In this document: in pieces, positions 52,526 to 64,000 of the stretch
Layout: every line of letters starts with the position of its first letter
Position numbering within the stretch: position 1 is the first letter of the stretch
NCBI GenBank assembly: GCA_951406725.2
Contig: OX597825.1
Location: forward strand, 72,912,001-72,976,000
DNA from: Octopus vulgaris
Taxonomy: Eukaryota
DNA length: 64,000 nt
Direction of reading: 5' to 3'
Program-made: the position numbers and the translations under genes
The notes under the pieces: model-generated
What the model was told of the DNA's origin: nothing
Databases searched by the model: none
What the model saw: the letters and a program-made list of their open reading frames with translations, nothing else

Positions 52526-53434
52526 TTTTCCTGTTAATTCTTTTCCTGTGACTTTTTTTTTACCTGGATTCAAGATTTAGCACTGCTAACACAGTAGAAC
52601 ATGGTCCATATAAGATTTTGTTGTTAAAATTTATGACCAATAAAGAAGTTATACTTCTACAATGCGTAAAATACTTCAACAATTTTTGAATACAATAGCT
52701 AATTAATATTTGATTATAAAAATATAATAATATTTTTTAAAACATAGAAATGGTTATCAGGATCCAAAGAGTAAAATTAGAATTAAAGGGGTCACTAGTA
52801 AAACATTAATGAGAACCGCTAATATAGATACTTGTATGGTCAAATCAGGAGAATCATGTTCTACCAAATCCACTCACAAGGATTTGGTCAGCCTGAGGCT
52901 ATAGTAGAAGGCACTTGTTCAAGGTGCCACGCTGTAGGACTGAACCCAGAACTATGTGGTTGGTAGTAAACTTCTTACCACAGCTACACCTGTACCTAAA
53001 ACGCATGATTAATTCAAAACAATGTGAATAAATAAGCATTATTTATATCTGGCAGAGTAATGTGAATGCTAAAGAGTTATTAATGAACTGAATATTGAAG
53101 AGAATGGTAATTTAAGCCATAGTAATATAGAAGAGAATGGTAATTTAAGCCAAGTTAATGGTAACTTAACTCACTAATTTTCAGCAAAATATTTACCAAA
53201 TATATATTTCACATTAAATATTCTAACGATATCAATTTAATATGACTGAATTTTATTGTTTTTCAATCAATTTTTTTTCAACCATTTTCACGAAATTAAA
53301 ATATTTAAATTAAATATTTCTTATTAAATATTGGTAACGACACAAGAAAATGGAAAGGATTATCGTTTTTAGAATCAAAAATTTTTTTTTAAATTCAATT
53401 TTAGAAATTTACATGATGGGGATCAATAACTCCA

Positions 53435-53471
<37 letters not shown>

Positions 53472-54188
53472 AAAACAAAACATGGAACAAGAACGTAACA
53501 GGCAACAACAACGCATCTGGACAGTTAGACAATACAAAAGATGGACAGGAAGAAACAAGGATGGGTCATTTGGAGCTTTCTATCCTCAGTCGAGTTCCAG
53601 ATTATCTCAGCAGTTTTGGCCGGTTACACTTGAGACTGCTCCAATCTGGCTGGCCCCAAGAAAATCTAAACTAAGAGAACTAGATTCCTTGGAAGAATGC
53701 AAGCAAATGTATACGAAAATAAGGACGAAAAAAAACAGAAATGGTGTACAATTACAAATACAAACAACAGGTGTCTTTCGACTAAGGATGAATTAAATGA
53801 AGCTGGCGTGTGAGGAAGTGAAGCCTTACGGCAGGGATATAAGGGGTGAAAGTCATGGGAAGGAATATAAGAGATGCTATACAGATGGCAGTCGAACCAA
53901 GAAAGAAAGGTCAGACTTGGTGGAACACTAGTCACGTGGAAGGATAGGAGAGAGGTAGGGTCAGAGGGATAGAAGAATTAGGGAGGGACGAGAAAGAAAG
54001 AAAAAAGAAAAGGGATAGAGTGAAGTAAAAGAGGAGGGAAAGTGAGAATGAAGGGAAGGCCAAGAAATGAGAGAGAAGGGGAGCAAGAAAAAAGAAAAGT
54101 GGAAAGAATGATGTAAGTCTGAATGAGCTGAAAGAAAGAGTAAGGCAGTCATACTATATACATATACATATATTTGTGTGTGTGTGAA

Positions 54189-54525
54189 GGTGCATGGCTC
54201 AGTGATTAGAGTGTCGAGCTTACGATCGTGACGTTGTGAGCTCGAATCCTGGACAGGGCTGCGTGTTGTGTTCTTGAGCAAGGCACTTTATTTCACGTTG
54301 CTCCAGTTCACTCAGCTGTAGAAATGAGTTGCGACGTCACAGGTGCCAAGCTGTATCGACCTTTGTCTTTCCCTTGGATAACACTGGTGCCATGGAGAGG
54401 GGGAGGCCGGTATGCATGGGCGACTGCTGGTCTTCCATAAAATCAACCTTGCCCGAACTTGTGCCTGTGAGGGTAATTTTCTAGGTGCAATCCAATGGTC
54501 TGTGTCGTGACCGAAGGAGGTTTCA
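54189..54525 (+). mobile_element. SINE family B (tRNA-derived); other copies 1-285, 2948-3225, 9135-10055 (split)
   Basis: Head tggctcagtgattagag...ctcgaatcc; shared body gtgttcttgagcaaggcactttatttcacg. Confidence 0.85.
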
Positions 54526-54696
54526 GACTATATATATATATATATATATATATAATTTACTTAAAAGCAGCTTTTGTTATATTTCTGCTGCTTTTAAATA
54601 AAGCATATTGCTCTACCTCAGGTATTTGAGTACTCTTTTTCCACCTTGTTTCACATTTATGTACTTACTCTAGAATATATATATATATATATATAT

Positions 54697-54925
54697 AGTT
54701 AATCCAAACAAGAAAGCACAAAAAAAGACAACAACGCGAGGACGTGGAACAAATATAGTATTATTGGACGCTCAAGAAAGAAGGAAAGAAGGAGGGTTTA
54801 ACATTTTGAGCGGAGCTCTTCGTTGGAAACATAGGAAAAGGAAAGATCCAGAGAAGGGAAGACAGAGGAAAAAAAATCGCCTACGGTACACACGAGGTCA
54901 CATTTTGAAAGACCGGAAGGTCTTT
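54697..54925 (-). mobile_element. Same ~200-bp family, decayed HHR 54796-54830
   Basis: Reverse complement of 30045-30252; (TA)n flanks. Confidence 0.75.
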
Positions 54926-55601
54926 ATATATATACACACACACATAGATATACTGGACTTTTTTGCAGATGGCCTTGGACAAGTTGCATGGATTGCCAGC
55001 CCACATGCAGGGTATTTTTATGAGATACTACTTGTGTGGATCGCTAATGGCTCATTATGAGCTTTGGCACACCAACCCTTTGTGACAGGTCTTGTTTTAA
55101 GTCCTGCAGAGTGTCCACAACACTGTCCTACCTACCTGACTTACTACATGGCAGAGCCACTTTAAGTCCTGACCACAGGACTTAAAGAGGTTGTACTTGG
55201 TTGCTTGGTGCAAGCAGCAAGTATTTGTGCTATTTTTTTTCTGTAACCCCATAAAGATGTACAATGTCATCTTGTACAGCCTTGATGGAAATTTGCTCTC
55301 GAGTTGGAGTTGATGTCCATGAGTGGTGTGGCATAGACGAGAAATGTATGTATGTGTTATACACACACACTCTCACACATACAGACACATACATACATAT
55401 ACATACATACATATACATTCCTGTTGGGTGTTCATCGTACTCCACAATAAAAATTAAGTTAATGTTACCAGTAAAAAGATATAAATAGTGTTTTTATTAT
55501 CTTTTTACAACATAGTCAGCTGTTATGACTCTCTCCTCTCTGCAGAGAACTCCTTAGTCGTAAGAACTGGTCATGTTTTAAGATGATAATAAAGACAATA
55601 C

Positions 55602-55692
<91 letters not shown>

Positions 55693-55758
55693 TTGTGTAT
55701 TTAGGGAGAGAAAATATATAACATACATATACACACACAGAGCATATATATGTGTATA

Positions 55759-55817
<59 letters not shown>

Positions 55818-55878
55818 GTATATATTATATATATATATGTATATATATATATGTGTATATGTATATATATATGTATAC

Positions 55879-55917
<39 letters not shown>

Positions 55918-56399
55918 TACATACATACATACATACATACACAATACATACATACATATATACATACACATAAATATATATATTGGCCTGCTTGCTTAGC
56001 CAGTGGGGTGGTGTCATTTGAAGGCTAAAACAATGCGAAGTGCATTGTGACCAGCGATGTGTAGCAACATCTGATAGCCTGGTCAGTCACAGTGATCACA
56101 GTGATATATATAATCAAAATAAGCAAGATGATATCAAGTAATGATACAGTACGACCGTTTCAAGCAGCTCCATTTAATTGAACAATGCAATCATTACATC
56201 AGTTTAAATGCATACATACATATACTGGGATTTGCAAAAGTCCTGTTACACTTCGTTTTGATCTTTCAAGAGGTTTACATGTGTGATAGAAAAAGTGTCG
56301 TCAAATATACTGAAAATTCTACTTCTCCAGCAGATATCATTAAAACATATTTTCCATTGTGTGCAGGTGTATTGAGATGGAAGCAAAAAGGATTGAGAT

Positions 56400-57092
56400 C
56401 TCTGTTCCCTTGTGGTCCACAACAAGTCTGACATCACCAAGCAGCTCAACATCAGAGTTGCAGAGTGGCTCAAGAACAGGAAAGACCTCAAAGATTGACC
56501 TTGATCAAGCAGACCTCAAGTTGTTAATCATTTGGTTGTGAGAAAGGCCTTTGAAAGAGATCTAAAGTTCAAAATGACTGCGCTCATGAAGACCAACAAC
56601 ATCTTGGTGGCCACGATGTCCAGAGCTTGAGGTGCATGGAAAGTCCTCTGCTCACCAAAAGTGTATGAAAACAATGTTGGGAGTGTAGTTGTTGCCTTTT
56701 CAACAACATAAAGTGTCATGGCAATTGAATTCTCATTTTTTTCTAATGAAAAAAAAACCTTCACAGTTGATCTGGTTATCAACAAGCAGAACAACCATAT
56801 GGTCAGCTTCAGCCAGGATGTCTTTGAGGTCTGCTATGCGTCCACAACCAAGCACCCAGCCTCTGTGATGATGCTTGGTGTCATGGCTTTGAATGGCAAA
56901 GAGATGCCACCAGTGTGGTTTGCTGCTGGTTACAGGCTCACTATGGCTGACTACAAGGACATCTTGACCACAAAAGTCCTACTCTGGGTGAGAAAGATTA
57001 TGAAGAAGACAAGCTATGTCTTTCAGTAGAACAGTGCCCCAGCCTGCACGGCCAAGGCCATGAAAGAGTGGTTTAGGTTGAACCTGAACTAA
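56400..57092 (+). pseudogene. Decayed Tc1/mariner-superfamily (maT/rosa-like) transposase
   Basis: FSNEKKTFTVD..NKQN, KHPASVMMLG, PPVWF, YVFQ*NSAPA.TAK. Confidence 0.8.
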
Positions 57093-57337
57093 TGTCTCAT
57101 TTGTGAGGACATTGTCTTATTTTTGGTAAGAGGCTTAATGGAACATTAGTAAGGAGTTTATTACCTCAAATTGTGTTTAGTAAAAGAACAATGTTTTAGA
57201 GAAGCAGCGATTGGCAGGTGTCGTCTGCCTTCCTTCATTAATACCATTTTTTTTCATCATTCATCTCATTAATGTTATTGTCCAGCCTGCAGCTACTACT
57301 TCTCTGTGATGCCTTGATGGCTAATTGAATGAAATAA

Positions 57338-57802
57338 AGTTCCAGGTTCAGTCCCACTGCGTGGCACCTTGGGCAAGTGTCTTCTACTATAGCCTCGGGC
57401 CAACCAAAGCCTTGCAAGTGGATTTGGTAGATGAAAACTGAAAGAAGCTCATTGTATATATATGTATATATATCTATATCTATATATATATATATATTCT
57501 AGCAAAAACTGTCCGATGAACGGCAACGGGAAACTCAGAGTAACAGATTTTGTTGAATTTTCTGATGCTTTATATAAAGTATATATATATATATGTATGC
57601 ATGTGTGTTTGTCCCCTCCAACATCACTTGACAACCGATGTTGGTGTGTTTATGTCCCCATAACTTAGCAGTTTGGCAAAAGAGAACAATAGAATAAGTA
57701 CTAGGCTTAAAGAATAAGTCCTGGGGTTGATTTGCTCGACTAAAGGCGGTGCTCCAGCATGGCCGCAGTCAAATGACTGAAACAAGTAAAAGAGTAAAAG
57801 AA
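57338..57802 (+). mobile_element. SINE family A, 5'-truncated, with HHR mini element in its (TA)n
   Basis: Homology to 8528-8950. Confidence 0.85.
57497..57580 (+). mobile_element. ~80-bp mini element with HHR (57509-57546) in SINE (TA)n; decayed relative at 33553-33632
   Basis: ctgt CCGATGA acg-gcaa-cgg GAAA ctcagag TA acag. Confidence 0.7.
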
Positions 57803-58219
57803 ATATATAACAACAACAACAACAACAATGACGATGATGACAATGATGATGATATACCCATTTCTGCCAAAGTGATAACCCTTCAAGCTCTAATAATTTA
57901 ACTAATCTGTTTTAATAATTATAATGTGAAGAAATTTCTACATATCCTCAAACACATGCACATACATATCTACATATACATACATATGTGTGTTTGTGTG
58001 ACCAATTTTAAATACTGTTGGATTTTACTCATAAGGTATTGGAATCTTACATATATACCATTCTGCTTAAAAAATGGATCTACAAATTCAATATCCCTAC
58101 ATATCTCACATCTATTTTCTTTCCTCCACCTCACTCTCTATTTATTTTGTATCCTATCTAAGCTATCTATTACTTAACCATCCACTCACACCGTCTCCGA
58201 TGAAGGGATCATCATTATC

Positions 58220-58480
58220 ATCATCATCATCGTTTAGCGTCCGCTTTCCATGCTGGCATGGGTTGGACGGTGCAACTGTGGTCTGGGAAGCCAGAATGCT
58301 GCACCAGGCCCCAGTCTGATCTGGCAATGTTTCTACAGCTGGATGCCCTTCCTAACACCAACCACTCCGAGAGTGTAGTGGGTGCTTTTTACGTGCCACT
58401 GGCACAGGTGCCAGACGAGGCTGGCAAACGGCCACGATTGGATGGTACTTTTTACATGTCGCCGGCACGGAAGCCAGTCG
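58220..58480 (-). mobile_element. RTE-like retroposon 3' end with (GAT)n tail; relatives 7320-7767, 7935-8100, 59900-60120, 62770-63120
   Basis: Shared ggcattaggaagggcatccagc...cccatgctagcatggaaagcggacgttaaacgatgatg. Confidence 0.65.
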
Positions 58481-58599
58481 GGAACATAATTAATAAATAT
58501 CCTGGAAACAGCTGTCAGACCTTCTATCTATAAATGTTCTAATATCTACACAACCTTGGTTTTTTTTATCTCATTACGCAAAAAATTCTTTTATAAATT

Positions 58600-58848
58600 T
58601 ATATAAATAAGGATAAGAATGATATTTAAATATCGAACATATCAAGTGGCCAGCATGGGAATAAAAACCTTCAAAGGTAATAATTATTATTAAAATTATA
58701 ATTTAGGGTATCTAAGAGATACCACCACGCTGGAAATAGCAGTCAAAACTTGACTCTAAAACCACATTAAATGTTCATACACTGGTGCTTATGAACATTT
58801 AACGTGGTTTTAGAGTCAAGTTTTGACTGCTATTTCCAGTGTGGTGGT
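58600..58848 (-). mobile_element. Copy of the 1571-2180 family ending in a ~58-bp-arm hairpin (58722-58848)
   Basis: Reverse complement of ~1995-2175; arms ccaccacgctggaaatagc...gttcata / tatgaac...ccagtgtggtgg. Confidence 0.75.
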
Positions 58849-58917
58849 CCAACCTATGCCAGCATGGAATGAGACGTTAAATGATGATGATGATGATGAT
58901 ATGTATGTGTGTGTGTG

Positions 58918-58957
<40 letters not shown>

Positions 58958-59287
58958 CATATATTTATATATATCATCATCATCATGGTGGTGGTTGGTG
59001 ATGTGTGTGTGTGTGATAAAGAGGGTCAGTTATTTGTGAGCCATTATTTACTTGCAGTGACATCTATGCTCATTCTAAATATGAACCGATTTCGATGGAG
59101 AAAAATAAATAAATAAATAATCTTAATAATAATAGTTTTAATTGAAAAACAGATGGTTTTACAATAAAAATAAGATGAATGAAAGTTGATTTCTTTTAAT
59201 TGCTTTCTGAGAGAAAATTATTCAGTGTAATTAGAATTATTTCTAAATAGCAACAAATTGCATATATATATATATATAGTGTGTGTG

Positions 59288-59380
<93 letters not shown>

Positions 59381-59557
59381 GTATTATGTATGCATGTATA
59401 CATACATACACACACACATATACATAGATACATATACACACATATATATATAATGCATACTTACATACATATACATATATATGTATGTGTAATATACATA
59501 TATATATATATATATTTATATATATTTTTATATTTATTATATAATGTGCATGCATGT

Positions 59558-59592
<35 letters not shown>

Positions 59593-59595
59593 TAC

Positions 59596-59645
<50 letters not shown>

Positions 59646-60891
59646 GATACACACACATATATGTATGCATGTATATGTATATATATATATGTGTGTATGT
59701 GTGTGTGTGTGTGTGTGTGCTTGTGTTTGAGGACATGTAGGAATCTGTTAAAATTATAATTATTAAAACAGTTTTGGTTAAATTATTAGGGCTCGAAGGG
59801 TTATAACTTTGGCAGAAATGGGTAAATCGTCACCCTCACCATCACCATCATCGTTGTCATCATCATCGTTGTAATCATCATTGTTATTGTGGTTGTCAAC
59901 ATAATTTAACTCCCACTTTCCATTCTGGCATAGGTTGGATGGTTCGACCGGAGCTGGCAAGCCAAAGACTTGCACCCAAGTTTTTCTGTCTGTTTTGGCA
60001 TGCTTTCTATAACTGGATGCCCTTCCTAATGCCAACCAGTTCACAGAGTGTACTGGGAAGCTTTTTTACATTGTACTAGCACTAGCAAGGTCACCAAGAA
60101 ACTTGTAAGTCAAGGACCCTTCGACTGAGGGGAGAATAACATGAAGTTGTAGGTGGGTTTGTGCCAGGTGATGAGTGGTTAGAAAATGATTGAGGGACAG
60201 ATAGAGGTGTGATGTTGTAGAGGTTGGGATAGGAGAAGGGGTTGGCAATATGTGAGAGGGGGAGGGGAGAGCCTGAGAAAGAAAGAGGGGGTGAAGTGTG
60301 AGAGAGAAGAGATAGGAGAGAGGGGGAGGGGGAGAATAGGAGAGAACAAGAGAAAGGTGAGAAATGAGACAGAAACAGGACAGAGAGGGAAAAAGGAAAA
60401 AGAGAATGAGAGAGAGAGAAAGGGAGAGAGGAGAGAGAAGAAGGGAGAGAGAGGAGAGAGAAGAAGGGAGAGAGAGGAGAGAGAAGAAGGGAGAGAGAAG
60501 AAAGTGGGAGAGGAGAGAGGGACAAGAGTGAAAGACGAGAGAGAGAGGGAGAGAGAGCTACAAAGAGGTGAATGTTTGACTAAAATGTCAATATCTTAGA
60601 ATCACCCTCTAATCTTTCTGAATTCAATTCTTGCTTGGCATTTAAAAACTTTGCATCTGATCCTTTTGGTATCAATACTCAATAAATAAACAACAAAACT
60701 TCCATGTATTATGTGGCTGCTCATTCCGCTACAAACCGCAGCTAAATATTTTTCAAATCATCTCATATGATACACCGTAATTTCTGGCATAGAAGCGGAA
60801 TTTTTACGACCAAAATTTACGAGAAAAAGTAGTTAGGTCCACTTATACACCAAAACAATGCCGCTTACATTACTATGTCATCTTGTATATT

Positions 60892-61118
60892 GGAGTGGCT
60901 GTGTGGTAAGTTGCTTTGTTACCAACCATATGGTTCCAGGTTCAATCCCACTGCGTGGCACCTTGGGCAAGTGTCTCTTACTATAGCCTCAGGCCAATCA
61001 AAGCCTTGTGAGTGGATTTGGTAGCTGTTCCATGTTCAATCCCACTGTGTGGCACCTTGGGCAAGTGTCTCTTACTACAGCCTCAGGCTGACCAAAGCTT
61101 TGTGAGTGGATTTAGTAG
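60892..61118 (+). mobile_element. Tandemly duplicated SINE family A head
   Basis: gttcaatcccactg...gtggattt occurs twice. Confidence 0.75.
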
Positions 61119-61473
61119 CTGTAGCTGTGCTGTTCTGTAGGACTAGCCTGAGCTTAAGCACTCTATCACATACCCAGACAACCTCTATGACCTTATCCAC
61201 CCATTTCTTCACAAGGAGTATGCCAACTCCCCCTACACCATCCATGTTACCTTGCCAGAAGACTTTATACCTATGTGCCTTGCCTGTGAGGACCCTAGCT
61301 GAAGCTCCTCTCCATTTAACCTCTTGTATGCATCATACATCAACCTGTCTCCTTTCAAGCATCTCTACAATCTCACTAGACCTACCTTTCAGTGTGCCAA
61401 CATTGACAGTGCCAACATTAACAGTGCCAACTCTGAAAACTGGGATGGTAATGTGGGGTGAGGTTTGGGGAGG

Positions 61474-62076
61474 ATACATTAATAAAGATAAGTTTAACAT
61501 GTTAAATTAATGCATAACATCTTCATTAATGCCACTGAATTTAGGATGTTTATATTACTTATGAGGTATTCTACGTTTTTCAGCTAGAGTGTAGTTGGGT
61601 GTCAAGGGAGTGGTACAAACCTAGCAATATGAGTTTTATAGTGAAAGCACGGATTTTTGTCAGTGAACAAGTCGTGGTCTTAGAGCGACAAAAATATTTT
61701 GACAAATTAAACTTAAATGTTGAAGTGAATCGAACGGCTTTTGTGTGTTTCTTAAATGGCTTACGAACACCTTCCACGCTGCAATTGTTTTCGTTTCAGC
61801 ACACGATCTCAGATCAAATCACTTGCTATGCAAGTACATCTCCGTAAAAATTTCCATTCAGATGACAATTGCCGGACGATTTTCTGTTTAAGTCTAATCG
61901 TTTTAAGTCATAGAGGAAACGCAACCTATGTTGCAAATAGGCATATGAATATTGTATAAATTTTATGATTGAAAAATGTACTATATTTTGTGCATACAAG
62001 TATACCAGCCTGTGGGTGCCATAAAATGGGCTTGCAAACGCAATTGTGCCCTCGTGTGTGGGTTTTCCCACCCCTG
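61474..62076 (-). mobile_element. Truncated copy of the 27878 hAT MITE with ~200 bp extra internal sequence
   Basis: Reverse-complement homology to 27878-28285; 61650-61846 is absent from the first copy. Confidence 0.75.
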
Positions 62077-63620
62077 ATTTAGATAATAGAATGTACAAGA
62101 CCACCTCCCTGTCCATGGTTCTATGTTAAAGATGGAGAACGATCCAGTTATAATTAAATGTTTGTTCGTTTGTTATAACATTCAGTGAACCATTCATACA
62201 TACACACACATATATGCATACACACACACACATATATATATACACACACACACATATATATATATACACACACACATACATGTACACTTTTATATAGATG
62301 TATGCACGTGCCACAGGGAGTCAAATACATAAGATGTTTTAAACATTACCCTTTCCTATGATGGCTTTTTAATAAGTTTTCAATGAGTTATCACCATCAC
62401 CATCACCATCACCATCACCATCACCATCACCATCACCATCACCATCATCTGTTGCCATCACACACGATGATGAACGATGTGTGTGTGTGTGTGATGTGTG
62501 ATTGTACATGTGTGAGTGTGAATGTGTATGTGTGTGGTTCAAATTTGCCTGTAAACGTACCCTATCATTCATACACACATATATATACACACATATGTAT
62601 ACTCTTTACTCTTTTACTTGTTTCAGTCATTTGACTGTGGCCATGCTGGAGCACTGCCTTTACTCGAGCAAATTAACCCCAGAATTTTTTCTTTGTAAGC
62701 CTACTACCTATTCTATTGGTCTCTTTTGCTGAACCGCTAGGTTACGGGGAGATAAACACACCAGCATAGGATAAACGCTGGCAACAACCTCGCTAGAATG
62801 TTTTTTCACGTGCCACCAGCACAAGTGCCAGTAAGGCGACACTGGTAATGATCACGTTCAAATGGTGCTTTTTACGTGCCACCAGCATGGAAGCCAGTTA
62901 GCCGCTCTGGCAACGATCACGCTCGAATGGTGCTCTTAGCGCTCCACTAGCACGGATGTTCACGTGCCACCGGCACAAGTGCCAGTAAGGCAACGCTGGT
63001 AACGACCACACTCGAATGGTGCCTTTTACGTGCCACCGGAATGGAAGCCAGTTAGCCGCTCTGGCAACCATCACGCTCGGATGGTGCTTTTAGCGCTCCA
63101 TTAGCACGGATGCCAGTCATCAAATTTGATTTCGATTTCACTTGCCTCTGTCAATATAATTAACATATGCACTGGTTCAATACCACTCCTTTATAATTAG
63201 TCAATTGGTTAAATATCTAACTAATTAATCATTTAGTTTGTTTTGTTTTTGTTAATCAAAACTCTTTCATGGCTACTTGCAACCTTTTCAATGACTATTG
63301 ACTTCATTTATTATAGATGTGCATGTGTTAATTATAATGGCATACTATAATTATCAGGTTTAATATGAATGGGAGTAACTAAAGGATTTGCAGGAATAAA
63401 ATTCTCAGCATCCCACAACATATTTGGAAATAATAAACTTGCTTCAATTAAAGCAAATAATATTTCAAGACGCAGTGAAATTTGTTTCAAACACGAATTT
63501 AACATAAAGAATCTTACAAATCAAACACAAAAATGAAGTATCCAGTTTTCATTAGCATGAAATGGATAAAGATTAGATATTGTCCAAATAGAAAGAAATT
63601 TCCACAGCAAATTCCAATGT

Positions 63621-63787
63621 AGGCATAGGAGTGGCAGTGTGGTAAGTAGCTTGCTTACTAAACCACGTGGTTCAGGGTTCAGTCCCACTGCATGGCACCT
63701 TGGGCAAGTGTCTTCTACTATAGCCTCAGGCTGACCAAAGCCTTGTGGGTGGATTTGGTAGACGGAAACTGAAAGAAGCCCATCGTA

Positions 63788-63826
<39 letters not shown>

Positions 63827-64000
63827 TTGTGTGTTTGTGTTTGTCCCCTCAACATCGCTTGACAACCGATGCTGGTGTGTTTACGTCCCTGTAACTTAGT
63901 GGTACGGCAAAAGAGACCGATAGAATAAGCACTAGGCTTACAAAGAATAATTCATGGGGGCGATTTGCTCGACTAAAAGGCAGTGATCTAGCATGGCCAC
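63621..64000 (+). mobile_element. SINE family A running off the window end
   Basis: Homology to 8528-8950. Confidence 0.9.

Overview
Eukaryotic, AT-rich, repeat-saturated DNA with no convincing host protein-coding gene. It is intergenic or intronic, and the SINE repertoire and microsatellite density suggest a cephalopod, probably Octopus (inference). Nearly all ORFs in the supplied track are microsatellite artefacts. The main real coding feature is an apparently intact minus-strand Penelope-like retroelement (PLE, 18081-22633) with RT and C-terminal GIY-YIG domains. It has an extra upstream coiled-coil ORF1 that overlaps the Met-less start of the RT frame at an in-phase U-UUU-UUA slippery heptamer, a candidate programmed -1 frameshift. 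Its terminal direct repeats each carry a minimal hammerhead ribozyme (HHR) with a compensatory U3-A8 core. The window also holds a 533-bp non-coding tandem plus inverted array with a canonical HHR in every unit (retrozyme-like), and at least six further families of short HHR-bearing elements with variant cores. Most of these sit in (TA)n tracts, often the internal tract of one SINE family. The remainder is tRNA-derived SINEs, RTE-like tails, Tx1 and CR1 LINE fragments, mariner/Tc1 pseudogenes, a non-autonomous Helitron, and hAT, piggyBac, pogo-like and Merlin-like MITEs. All ribozyme calls were folded by eye and are untested.
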